A stretch of 64,000 nucleotides of DNA from Octopus sinensis (Eukaryota), in the NCBI RefSeq assembly GCF_006345805.1, contig NC_043009.1, positions 66,526,001-66,590,000 on the forward strand, in the 5' to 3' direction. The stretch's first letter is position 1, and each line of letters begins with the position of its first letter. Under the pieces are notes generated by a model. The model was not told the origin of the DNA. It was given only the letters and a program-made list of their open reading frames with translations, and ran no database searches. The position numbers were made by a program, and so were the translations under genes. Positions 39,400 through 52,343 of the stretch are shown piece by piece.

Positions 39400-40535
39400 T
39401 AGAAACTATCATCATCATCGTTATCGTCGTCGCCCGCTTCGTCATCATCGTCGTCGTCGTTGTCGTCGTTGTCGTCGTTGTCGTCGTTGTCGGCGTTGTC
39501 ATCGTCGTCGCCGTCATCATCATCATCTTCACTATTACCAACGTCGTCGTCATCATCATCATCATCATCATCATCATCGTTACCGTCGTCGTCGTCATCG
39601 CTCTCGTCGTCTTCATCTTTGTCGTCGTTGTCGTCGTTGTCATCGTCATCGCCGTTATCATCATCATCATCATCATCATCACCATCACCATCACCAACGT
39701 CGTCATCATCGTCATCAGCGGCATCAGCAGCATCATTATAGAATAATCGGATTTGCCATTTGGTGCTAATTGTCCTGATTACACGAAGCTGACAGCGCCA
39801 CCTACATTACCGCACTAACCATCATTACTACCATGCACACCAACAAAGCCATTCGTTCTTCTTCGATATTCTACACAAAGTCATCGTCTCTCCCCCTCTC
39901 TCCCTCTCCCTCCTTTCTCTCCTTCTCTCCTTATCTCTCCCCTTCACCCGTTTCCTTCGCCTCTTCCTCTTCCATCTATTTCATGCATCCCTTTGAAACT
40001 TTGTCAGTCTCTCCTCTTTCTACCGCCCTCTATCTCTTTCTCTTTCTCTTTCATCCTTTACCTCCTCTTTCCCTCCCCTTTTTCTCCTCCTCTTTTTCTC
40101 CCTGTTAATTTCCTTCCCTCTTTCGTTCTCCCTTTCCTCTCTTCTCACAATCTTCCTTTCTGTTTATCACCCTTCTTTTTTCCCTCTCCTTCTTTTTCTC
40201 TCCTATTTCTACCCCTCCCCCACCTATCTTTAACTCTTCTTTCTTCTCGTTTCTTAACTCCCCCTCTCTCTCTATCTCTGTTCCTCCATCCCTATCACCT
40301 CTTCTGCTTCCCCCTCATTCCCGACCATCAACCCTCCCTCTTCCACTCTCATCTCAGATCTTCATCAATTCTCCTCTTTCTCTCTCATCTCATTCTTCTC
40401 ACCCACCCTCTGTCTTTCTCTCTCTCCACCCTTTGACTTCCCTTTCACTTCTTACCATTCCCTCATCACTTCACAATATAGTTTAAGCTCTTCTACATCC
40501 TATTCTCTCTGTGTGTCTCTCTTTCTCTCTTTCTT

Positions 40536-40573
<38 letters not shown>

Positions 40574-40575
40574 GA
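39400..40575 (+). repeat. (CAT/CGT)n tract followed by ~700 bp of polypyrimidine low-complexity DNA
   Basis: Directly visible. Confidence 0.9.
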
Positions 40576-41349
40576 ATCTTAATGACTTTCCCATTACCCC
40601 CCCTTTACTTCGCTTTTACTTCACACCTCCATTTAATTTAAAGTGAATACCGTCAAAAATTATCGTCTGCTTTCTGTAGCCGGCGGCTGATATATCTGTC
40701 TGTATTGTCTGCAATTACCGCATTTCATAAGAGCATAAGAACTCCTACTGAGTTAATCACATGCATGATTAACCAATCTAATAGTGACAGTTTGTATATT
40801 CAAAAGAGATACTGCAGTTCTGCACATTTGAAATGCATCGGAAAGGACTAACAATTCCAACTGTGAGCCATCAGGAAATTTACTTGTCTTCTTCTTAAAC
40901 TGCATGTGTAGGAATTCTTCAATGCTTCCCTTGTTAGATTTTTGCTAGTTTCTCGGAGATAGTAAAATAGGAAGAAATAATGTATATTGTATTTTACTTT
41001 CAAGAAGAGAGAAGGAAATAAAATTAAATTTAAATACAGATCTTTTCCATTAAAAGACATTTTCGTTCCCAAACAGCTACTAAACTCATCTCCGAAAGAA
41101 ATTTTCTCTTTGGATTTTATATCACACAGGAAACTTTATTATTACGGAAGGTCTACCCCTTACTAGGGTGAAACAACAAGTTCGATATTTAAAGATATCG
41201 TCAGCTTGTTTTAAAAATCTAACACCAAGGAAAAATAAAACGGCTTCTGTCCACAAATACGCCTCTCAGGATGGTTAACGTTTTGAACGCGTATATGTCC
41301 TCCACTCAAAATTTTATTACTGTTAGCTACAGAAAGCGGTTTTACGGGA

Positions 41350-41860
41350 TTCAAGCCTCTTCTCCTTATCTCCTCAAAGACATACAGCATCTCGAAAGAG
41401 TCCAGAAGCTGGCTACCCGCATGGTTCATGGTCTCAAATATTTGTCCTATAAAGAAAGGCTGAGGACGCTCGACCTTTATTCTCTTGAAAAACGCCGCCG
41501 CCGTGGTGATCTCATTCTCGCCCACAACATCATAAGCGGAAAGTGTAACCTCTCGAAAGAGCTGTTCTTCACTCCTGCTGCAGAGCGTCGGCTGCGGGGT
41601 CATTCCGAAAAGCTCTACCTGCGACGATTTCATCTCAATCGAAGGAGAGGAGCTTTCTCCGTCCGGGTTGCGGATCCGTGGAACAAGTTGCCAGACGAGA
41701 TGGTGAAGATGCCGACGACCGCTTTGTTCAAAGTCTCCATTGACCTCAAGTGGCCTGAACTCTTTACATGAACACCACCCTGTACTTAACTCCATGTCCC
41801 CCTACATGGCCTTGCTATTTGCTTTTGAGCCAAATTAACTAACTAACTAACTCACTAAAC
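41350..41860 (+). mobile_element. 5'-truncated CR1-type LINE 3' end
   Basis: ORF 41271-41771 contains PYLLKDIQHLERVQKLATRMV..SYKERL..L.LYSLEKRR.RGDLI..LRGHS.KL..FSVRV..WNKLP. Ends in an (AACT)n microsatellite tail. Confidence 0.9.
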
Positions 41861-43531
41861 TACCCATGGGTTTGGAAAAAAACCTCTTCTTACGCTACGA
41901 GAAACGGAAATCTCCCAGTAGCCTCTTTTATAAAAGACAATTTCTTTCAGATTTTCTAAGTTTTTTCACAGATTTTCATCAAATATCTCTTTACTAAGTA
42001 AAAATCGAATACTTTTAGTGGTGGATATGAAAAGCGTATCTACAGAAGATACTGAAAAAGTATTAAAGAAGCAGAAAATACCAGTTCTATTGTTTTGGTT
42101 GATAATTAACATCATTATGGAAATGATCATGGAATCTAATTATGCAGTCAAAGGGCTGAATAAACAAAGCAAAAGATGCGACAAACGAAAGGGAAAAAAG
42201 TGTAAAAAGATTTTAATGACGTACAAACAAGAAACAAAAAAATAAATAAAAAGAAAGAACAAGCGAATCGGACAACGTAACATAATTGTGAAAACAGTAA
42301 CAGCAACACCAACAAGAACATGATACCTACTCGTACCGAGTGAAATGTAATTAGGAATGATAGAACGCTAACTTTTACAAACAACTCTCAATTTCTCTCT
42401 ATATAAAGCTGAAGTTGTCTCTGTGTGAGTATGGCAGGTTTGGTAGCCTTCATCTAACACTATCTCCTCCGAGACCCTGCGGCGCAAGTTGACCAAAATT
42501 GAGAGTATGATAGATGAAGGCTTGCTCTTCCTTCCGTAGAAAAAAAAATTCAAATCGGACCATGTTAACACAAAAAATTATTTACATCAAAAAGGTGCTT
42601 TTTTCGATGAAAATCCCTATTTTTTTAATGATTTTTTGACTGCTGTGTCGCCATGTTTCGGTGTATTCAACCAGAAAACTGTTCACTTAAAGAGAATAAC
42701 AAGCTACATGAAGAAAAAATTTTACTTTTCAAAAATTCCAATTCTAAAGGGTCGAAGCAAACCCGAGCAACGCCGGACGATACTGCTAGTTTAGAATATT
42801 TTGCTAAAATGGACGTAATGAAACCGCATCCTGTCCATCACAAGACAGGTTTCAAACTGTCCCCAAACCGTCAGAGGAGGAGGAGGAGGAGGAGGAAGAG
42901 TATTACTTAGTAATTTTGCAAAAATACGGTGGGAAAACAGTGCTTCTGTATGTTTTAAGAGAAATTTCCTGTGGTAAGAGTTGTGAGGGAGAAATATTCC
43001 ACGATATGTTCGGTCTTGAAAAACAAGGCACCGAGCAAAAAGAGAACACACCCAAAGTGTAGGAAATCATCCTGACCATTATCTGGTTTACCGCCATGAA
43101 TAGAGGTGGTGACATCAACGCCTGGCTAGAGTCACAGCCGTTCGCAGCGGTGACTCGTCAAAGTGTAGTGAGAGCTGCCTTTGAAAGTGTAAGCCTTCTT
43201 TTAGAGGTTATTATCAAACCCAGTGACTGATAACAGATTATGGAAACCAGCCACTCGTTAGCGCCTTTCCACCGTTTTCTGCATCTTGCTGCTGACGCTT
43301 CCATTCCAAGCTTCATTTCATCTGTTTTTTTTATGCAGAAGTGTTTATTACGAAGCGAAGTTCCGTTGGCATTGGTAACCAGGGTGGATGCGTTGTGGCT
43401 AAACAGACGTAGGCAGGCAGCTTTCTTTAGAAAAGGATGAGGAGAAGAATCAGTCTTCGGTGATATTTAGTGAGAAACCAAACAAGAAGAGTGAGACAGA
43501 GTGAAACACAGAGAGAGAGAGAGAGGGGTGG

Positions 43532-43562
<31 letters not shown>

Positions 43563-44089
43563 AAAGAAAGAAAGAATGAAGGAAAGGAAAAGAAAGAAGT
43601 AAAGAAAGAAAGACAGAAAGGAAGAAAAGCAGAAGGAAAGAACGAAAAGAAAAGAAAACAAAAAAAAGAAAGGAAGAAAGAAAAGAAGAAAGAAAAAAGG
43701 AAGGAAGGAAGGAAGGAAAGAGATTGTGATATGGTATCGTCAGAGTGTTACCTCATTTCGAAACCTTTGCAGCCATTTGTATATTTTATCGAGTATATTT
43801 TATGTGGCTGGAATTTGTTTTAATGGCAGTGATGTGTAAAACTCATATAAAAGGATACAAATACACAGACATACACTCTCTCTCTCTCTCTCGCTTTCTC
43901 TCTCTCTCTCTCACACACACACTCATACAGACATGAATGAGTGTTTGTCTATGCATTAACTATAAACATATCTATCTATATACATATATGTGTGTGAGTG
44001 TATGTATATATATATATACATATATACATATATATATATATATACATATATAAATATACACATACAGTGAGAGAGAGAGAAAAGAGAGA

Positions 44090-44129
<40 letters not shown>

Positions 44130-44139
<10 letters not shown>

Positions 44140-44900
44140 GGGCTCAGCAAAAAAATTTGCTTTGCCACATACCGAACTTTTAGAAATAGCAGCCAAAGAA
44201 TTTAGCTATTTCTTCTACTATAAGAAGAATCTCCCAGACAACGTATACTCAAAAGCAATTCACGTAGGCATAGAGGGGGAAATAACGAAAGTTCACCCGG
44301 CATTTGATTACTTGTGGACGCGTTTCTGGGTTAGTTAGATATAGAGATGCTAGAAATACATCCCTGTTCTAACATTCCTGTCATCAGCACAAAGATTTCA
44401 GTAATTTTAAATTTGAGAGCACTAAAAATCGAACACATCTATCTGATTAAGACAAACCATCCTCGATATCCAGTACTAACGAATTCATAACATACGAATG
44501 AGGCTCCGCATTCTCCCCTGTCCACCCACGTGAGTTACAGAGCAACAAATTCGTACAGAAGAATCTGTAGTTTATTATCAGGGAGAGAATTATATTATCA
44601 ATAATAATAAAGGGTAAAATTAATTAATTAATTAGTAATTAATAATTTTACCAAGCAGTGTTCAGTATGTTAAAAAGACCATTTACGGTAAACTTAAACA
44701 TTACTTTATATAATTAGGGTTCAGCAAAAAAAATTGCTGGGACAACAATTTGCTGCTACACCAAGCACCTGAAGTGACTCAGCCTGCACTGATTAATGCA
44801 ACACAACCAGATGCACAATATCTTATGGAGCAGATGCAGGATGTGTCGAAACGATCGTTTGCTCAATAAAGATTCGTACTAAACACATCTTCCTTTTCCA
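44130..44900 (+). mobile_element. Probable Penelope-like non-autonomous element remnant
   Basis: Direct repeat ATAATTAGGG(C/T)TCAGCAAAAAAA.TTGC at ~44133 and ~44711. Hammerhead-like remnant at 44828-44864 directly followed by AATAAA. Confidence 0.35.
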
Positions 44901-45065
44901 TCATCAGTTATAAACTCAACAAACACTGTGGATTTCCTGACGTAGATCCAGTGAATATCATATCGTTACTGTGGATGACATCAGGTAGCCGAAAACGGAG
45001 AATGTGCTTTAATCGACATAGTAATAGACATATAGCAAAGTCTAAATAGTTACACACACATGCAA

Positions 45066-45128
<63 letters not shown>

Positions 45129-45996
45129 CATATGCACACGCACATACGTGGTTACGCAAAAATGAGTGCAAGTGTATTACAAATGTATCTGTCACATGGA
45201 TAGCATTCAGAAATGATCGACTTGATGGATCTATTTTGTTTGTCCACGAATTCAATATTGAGAATTAGTTTTTCTCGATTCATCTGAGAAAATAATTTAC
45301 AAGCTCTACAGAACAGAGAAGTCAGCTCATAACACCATTTCTCCGATGATTTACTGGAGAAGAAAATACAAACCAACGGCTTGTATTATTTCTTATCACT
45401 TGCATTGTTTTGGCTTGCAAAAAAAGGAAAAACAAGTATCTATATTAGACGATGTTTCATGCAAACTTTCCTAAAATAATATCAATATTAAAATCAAGGA
45501 TAAATATAATACATTGATCCACTAGATCGATCATCTGTAAGCCTTTTAACAGTTACACTTGTAAAATGAATTGCATTTGTGTATGTCACTAACTAGCTTA
45601 ACTTCAAAGTAAGAAATATGGCGCACCCTACAATGTACGGACAACGATCACACAAAAACCTCCCATGAACGAATACAATAGAAGAGCTATAAGTATAGGT
45701 GAAATATTCAGTGAGTATCCATATTTGATACATGCTGTAGTTGGACACAATTAGTCATTCAACAGAATCAATGAGGCTAGCTTTCATCACATTTTACATG
45801 ATACAATATTATTAAAATTTACAGAATCAGTTTACATACGCGAGTGTGAACCGAGTTTCAACTGGAAGAACGAATGACATATCATCAATGAACCATGCTT
45901 ATGTTCATCTACATAAGAATTATATAAGCTTTATGTACACATACATATTCGTATGCATATGTCTGTAGGCACATAGATAAGTACACACACATATGA

Positions 45997-46068
<72 letters not shown>

Positions 46069-46600
46069 TTATATAATATGTGTGTATGTGCGAATGATGG
46101 AGGTTGTGTATGCAGATATTTTAAGCATACATAGATATATTTCTAATTCAAATACTCAACGCGAGACCCCTAAGAAAAATAATCTATTTTTAATAACTTT
46201 TCTTTATTTAAAAAATCGATCGACTTAGAATTACGTAACAGAATATCGAAGGAAATAACGAGGAAATATATTTTAAATAAACATGACATCCACATGTAAA
46301 AAAGTTCAACCAGGAACAGCATAGTAAAGCCAGGAAGAGGTAGAGTGTCTCACACACAATATGACCAAAAGAAAAAGGAAATTGTTTTATATATCAAAAT
46401 GATGACCCAAGTGTTGGAGAGAGCTAAGAAAAGAAAGAAGCGAATTAAAAGAATAAGCTAAGAAGAAGAGAGCAGAAATGAAGAAAATTTGCCGAATCTT
46501 ATAAAAGTTGCCACTGATTTTTAATAAGGATAGTGAAATTGTGTGTGCAACCAGGTCGAAGAAGAAAACAAGGGAACCCTTTCCTATTTTATAATAGACT

Positions 46601-46672
<72 letters not shown>

Positions 46673-47039
46673 TGAGGGCATGCGCTGTAACATAGCGTCG
46701 CTGCATTCACCATTTGTTGGTGATTGCCTATTCCTGAAGATTGACACCTTTACACCACTTAAGCACCAGTCCTCGAATCCATGGCTTTGTTTGTAGTCGT
46801 TGCTGGTGAGCGTTTTGGGAGGTCAGAATGCAAATCCTATCTCAGCCCCTTTCAGTCGCCTTTTACGACCCGCCGATGAAACGTTGGCCCTATCCTTTGA
46901 CATGCTGGTCCCCTAACAGCACATAGCCGACTGTACTCTTGAGAAATAAATGAAAAGGAAATATTACAGGTTCTGTGTGTTTCTAATACGAAAATGATGC
47001 ATTTTGTTACAATATCAAAACATAATCTCAAGTGATGTC

Positions 47040-48560
47040 ACTTGTCAAACATTTACGACTCTGGCAACACGACCCTTCATTCATCTCGAAATTACCTCAA
47101 CCATGCAGCAAACACATGCAACCTGGACGATGCATGTCAAACCTGCATTGATTCCACACGCAGAGATCTTCAGAGAATCTTTCAGTGGGGACATACCAAC
47201 CATGTCACTTTCAACAGCTAAAAATAAACTCAATTATTACACATACAAAGAAAATGTCACCACAACCAAGCCTTTATTAAGCATGAACAGTAGTCGTCAC
47301 GATCCCCCACATTCGTTCTAAATGGTTAGCCTCCATTTCAATGAGTATCTTTCTTGGTGAAAGTACATCCTTATCATACCTATAACTGCACCTCAAAGGC
47401 CCTCTTCAAAGCTAAAAAAAAGTATATCATCCTCTGCCACACGGCTGCGGATTCTCTACAGTAATCACATGAAGCCCACAATGGAGTGCTGCTCCCACTT
47501 CTAGGATGGTGATGCTACTACACCAAGGGTTATAAACCTGGCTCCCTATGGCCTTGGCAGGGGGGGGGGGCGTCATATAAGATTTTATTATTTTAAATTA
47601 AGTGCAATAAATTGGTTTTATCCCTACAATACACAAAATATTTAAACAGCTTTTTAAATACAATTCCAAATAATATTTAATCATAAAAATATAATAGTTA
47701 AAAATAATAATGGTATTTTTATATAAGCTTAAGGCTTATGACGATCACCGTCCAATGACTAAGGAAAATAGTCTAATAAAGGGGCACATAAGCCCTTCGA
47801 TAGAAAAAAAAAAAGGTTTACCTATCCGCGTGGGAGCCGAAACCACATCCCCTATTAACGAGTCTAAATTCTTTACCTTTACACCAGCGAATCAGTCTCC
47901 GTTTTTCTGTCAAATTTAAGAACTATAATAGTTCGTGTTTGATTGTTTTTTATGTAAACAAACTTTCAATATTCTTTCGGTGTGAATGGCTTTTCATACG
48001 GCGCCGTTTTTACAATCCTATAATTAATAATAATGGTTTTAATTCTACAAAGCACAAATATTCTAACAGTTTTTAAGACTATTTTCCTTAGTCATTGCAC
48101 GGTGATCGCCATAAGCTTATAGAAAAATAACATTATTATTATTTACAGGATTGTAAAAACGGCGCCGTACATAAAACCATTCGCACCGAAAATATACAGG
48201 TGAAATGGCTATGAGGTCCCAGAAGAATAAAATAGGGACCAAAGCGGAGTCCATAGGTAAAAAAGGGTTCAGAATCACTGTTCTGCAAAAACAGATATAC
48301 AGAATCCTATTCTGTCTGGGACCACTCGACTCATCGCTATGCAATTACTTACGCACAGGTCCTTGTCTCTGGTCCAATGTTTTGCTTTCTCTTCATTTGT
48401 CTTTTCTATTGATCTTCTAATGGATTGTTTTCCTCGAAACTGGTCAGTCTCGTGCTATCTCTAGTCAGGTACCCCCGGCCCATTCATACTTCCAACTCAC
48501 GTCAATCTTAACGCATCTCTCCCCGACCCCTTTGGTTCTTTATTTAACACCATCTCCAGT
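47040..48560 (+). mobile_element. Highly degraded CR1/L2-group LINE remnant split by an ~0.8-kb AT-rich insertion
   Basis: Manual translation gives RDLQRIFQWGHTNHVTFNS and MKPTMECCSHF*DG (47040-47520), resuming NGLFSSKLVSLV at ~48415. Confidence 0.55.
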
Positions 48561-48693
48561 CTTACTCAACAAGAACATCGGCTCTGCATCCTGCTTCGGT
48601 CTTTTTGTATGCAATGGTTTAAACGGAACACGAAGTTACAACCAATATTGTTTCATTTAGCTCGAACACAAAAAAAATATACATACAGTCACA

Positions 48694-48744
<51 letters not shown>

Positions 48745-48964
48745 ACATACACACACACAAACACACATATACACACAGACACACGTAAATTCGTACATCT
48801 GTTCAACCAGTGATCCATCCATCAAACAGGCAATACATATCTGCATACGTACATACATGCACACATACATACACAGACATATGTGTGTGTGTGTGCATGT
48901 GTGTGTGTATACTTACATATAAATATGTGTGCGGATGTGTACATGATTACATGTATGGATATAT

Positions 48965-49029
<65 letters not shown>

Positions 49030-49404
49030 GTGTATGTATGTATGTATAGGCGTAACAATATATACATATATCTACGTGTATGGGAATACGTGCACACGCA
49101 CACGCACACACATACGTACACACACACACATATATGTATGCATGTGTGCTCGCGCATGCGTGCGTGTGTCAGGGTAGCATAACAGAGCCATAAATCCTGT
49201 CCGGTGTTAGTCCCAATAATGTGATCTCAGCGATGAGATAAGGTAGAACCAGCGGATGTCACTGCGAGAATTTATGGACAAGAATATGATGGAGGAGGAG
49301 GAGGAGGTGGAGGAAGAGAATGTATTGCATCAGTTCAGTCTACAGCATCCTAAATGATACTGCTGTTGCTATACATATCGCTTCATGTTAGCCGTGTCAT
49401 ATTA

Positions 49405-49431
49405 GTTGCCATGACAACTCTGTTGACGTCA
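49405..49431. promoter_or_regulatory. Candidate RFX X-box plus CRE composite site
   Basis: GTTGCCATGACAAC (49405-49418) and TGACGTCA (49424-49431), 5 bp apart, in non-repetitive DNA. Confidence 0.4.
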
Positions 49432-49510
49432 TTAACATAGAAACACTGAAATAGTAGATAATATTCTGCTTTCATGTGTCAGCTTTTCTCTCGTTATGTT
49501 TCGTGGATGC

Positions 49511-50050
49511 GGCTGGGTGCGGCTGGGTGCGGCTGGGTGCGGCTGGGTGAGGCTGGGTGCGGCTGGGTGCGGTTGGGTGAGGCTGGATGCGGCTGGGTGC
49601 GGCTGGGTGCGGCTGGGTGAGGCTGGGTGCGGCTGGGTGCGGTTGGGTGAGGCTGGATGCGGCTGGGTGCGGCTGGGTGCGGTTGGGTGAGGCTGGGTGC
49701 GGCTGGGTACGGCTGGGTGAGGCTGGGTGAGGCTGGGTGAGGCTAGGTGCGGATGGGTGCGGGTGGGTGCGGGTGGATGTGGCTGGGTGTCCCTAGGTGC
49801 GGCTGTGTGAGGCTGGGTGCGGCTGGGTGAGACTGGGTACGGCTAGGTGCGGCTGGGTACGGCTGGGTGTGGCTGGGTGAGGCTGGATGCGGCTGGGTGC
49901 GGCTGGGTGAGGCTGGGTGCGGTTGGATGCAGCTAGGTGCGGCTGGGTGAGGCTGGGTGCGGCTGGGTGCGGCTGGGTGCGGCTGGGTGCGGCTGGGTGA
50001 GGCTGGGTGCGGCTGGGTGCGGCTGGGGGTGGCTGGGAGCGGCTAGGTGT
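49511..50050 (+). repeat. Decamer minisatellite (GGCTGGGTG[C/A]) x54
   Basis: 54 consecutive 10-bp units stay in register, with substitutions only. Confidence 0.97.
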
Positions 50051-50099
50051 GGCAGTGATTTAGCCGTTGCAGAGGCATGAGTGGACGTGATGTGACCAC

Positions 50100-51300
50100 C
50101 TGACAGGTCGTCGGAGTGTTGTTGTATGTCGTGTTTATTGTGTTGTGTTGCTTTGTGTTACGCAATATGTTTTTACTACGATCTGTTTTTAGCTGTCTTA
50201 TAACAGATGCCGGATGTGATGTGTTGACAGTTGCGGCGTGTTACCATGTACTGTACTGATGTGTTGTGCTGTTGCAGACTTTTGGTATCGCGTTGTGAGG
50301 TGTGTTGTGAAGTGTGTTACGATGTGCTGTTGTGTGTTATGTTGTGAGCTGTTGTGCCGCGCTGTGTTGTCAGGTGTTTTGTACTGAGCTGTTGTGCGTT
50401 ATGTTGTGAGGTGTGTTGCGGTGTGAAATGTGTTGTGCTGACGCTGGTATTAATGTGATGTTCTGTTGTAAGATGTATTTTGAGGTGTGTTGCGAAGTGC
50501 TGTGGTGTGTTATGTTGTGAGCTGTTGTGCCGTGCTGTGTTGTGAGGTGTTTTGTACTGAGTGCGTTATGTTGTTAGGTGTTTTGCAGTGTAAGTGTGTT
50601 GTGCTGACGCTGGTATTAATATGATAATTCTGTTGTGAGGCGTGTTCTGGTATAGTGCGTTCTGTTCTGCCGTGTATTGTGATGCAAGGGTTTGTATGTT
50701 GTGATTTGTTGTTGCCGGGTTTGGCGTATCGTCATGATGTGTGGTATGCAATGATGTGATACAGAGTGGTGTCTTGCACTCTGCTGTGTTGTAGTATAGC
50801 ATGGTGGGATATTGTGAAGTGCAGAGTTGTATAATATACCGCAGGAAATTGTGCGGTACAACGTGGTGGTATAAGGTGTTGTGTGCTGAGCGGCTGCAAG
50901 TTGTGTTGTAGAGTGATGTTGTGTGGTCGTGTTACAACGTTGCAGGTTTTATTGTCTGTGGTGTGTTGAGATGTTTTCGGGTGTAATGCGATGCTGCAGG
51001 ATGAGATCTTCTGTGGTGCTGTGCCGTATCATGTCCTGTGCCGTTTTATGGCATTCTTTTGAGGCTATGCAGTAGATACTTCTACTGGAGTGGGTTTTGC
51101 TACGTTCTTCGCAGTATGGCACTTTAAAAAAGAGTGGTGTGCTATGCTGTAGTGTGGCGTAGTATTATTTGATGGGGAGCCAGTAATCATTGAGTAGTTG
51201 GTGTCGCATAGCATGTTCTGTTGTGGCTGTACAGGTGGTAATATCATATGATAATTCTGGGTGCGGTGTCATGTTTCGGCTCGATATGGGACCGTTTGGT
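50100..51300 (+). repeat. Degenerate TG-rich repeat domain with an internal ~170-bp tandem duplication
   Basis: TGTTG/TGTG[A/C]-type short units. 50335-50475 is similar to 50507-50642. Confidence 0.75.
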
Positions 51301-51438
51301 GAGATATGATATCGTGTCTAGATGTGTAATGAGTTGAAGTTGCATAATCCCACATCAAGCTGATTGAGATCTCTAACCAAAGACATTCCACCTGTGGCTG
51401 TTCCGTCTTATTTTTTGTTAATGGTATTGAATATCAAA

Positions 51439-51640
51439 AGGCGGCGAGCTGGCAGAAACGTTAGCATGCAGGGCGAAATGAGTAGCCGATTTCGTCTGCC
51501 GAGTCGACTTTGCCTTTTATCCTTTCGGGGTCAATTAAATAAGTACCAGTTACGCACTGGGGTCGACATAATCGACTTAATCCGTCAGTCTGTCCTTTTT
51601 GCTCCCTCTGTTTAGTCCCTTGTGGGTAGTAAAGAAATAA
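51439..51640 (+). mobile_element. Full-length chimeric SINE (tRNA-like head + body + Tx1-like 3' tail) with a 15-bp TSD
   Basis: Head AGGCGGCGAGCTGGCAGAAACGTTAG and tail ..CCCTTGTGGGTAGTAAAGAAATAA. Exact flanking repeat GTATTGAATATCAAA at 51424-51438 and 51641-51655. An internal deletion between two GCCG motifs removes the B box. Confidence 0.9.
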
Positions 51641-52010
51641 GTATTGAATATCAAATTTTATGCACCGTATCTATTTTAGAACCGTGTGAGCTGTTTTGTT
51701 ATCGTGCGTAGAGAGATAAAAACTTTTCTTTTATGCAATATCTTTGTGAACTGAGAGGGATAAACGGAACCCATTTCAACCTTTGAGTTCGAATCTTATA
51801 AGCGACAGAACACTCTAAATAACACCCATAGAAATACCTTTTTGCTGAAGCTATTTTCAATAAGAGTTGTAGAAAATTGACTGAACCGATGAGCATAACG
51901 AAACGCGTTCTGTGAAATCAGTCTGAATAATAAATCATTACTTTATTATCACTGTTTGCTTTGACTCAACGATGTTCTAAAGAATGAAGTTCGTGTGTGT
52001 GTGTGTGTGT

Positions 52011-52048
<38 letters not shown>

Positions 52049-52278
52049 TCGCGTGCATATATATGCATGTGTGCGGTTGTATATATAACTCCTAAGTTTA
52101 ACTTCATCATTCTTGAAAGATCAAAAACAGGAGACACTGGTTATAAATCGTAAAGATTTAGTTTCAATGAACACCTGTGATGAACACTACGCTTTTGGTA
52201 TTGAGTACTTTACAGCGTGACACGTACTCATCCATGTATACATATGCGCAAATATATGCATATATATACATACATACT

Positions 52279-52343
<65 letters not shown>

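Noticed and set aside
42300-43200. Non-repetitive-looking block with short ORFs, possibly host exons or a DNA transposon
   Set aside because: No recognisable motif, TIR or convincing splice structure. A homology search is needed.
49496-49690. ORF with GWVRLGAAGC repeats
   Set aside because: A product of the decamer minisatellite, not evidence of a protein.
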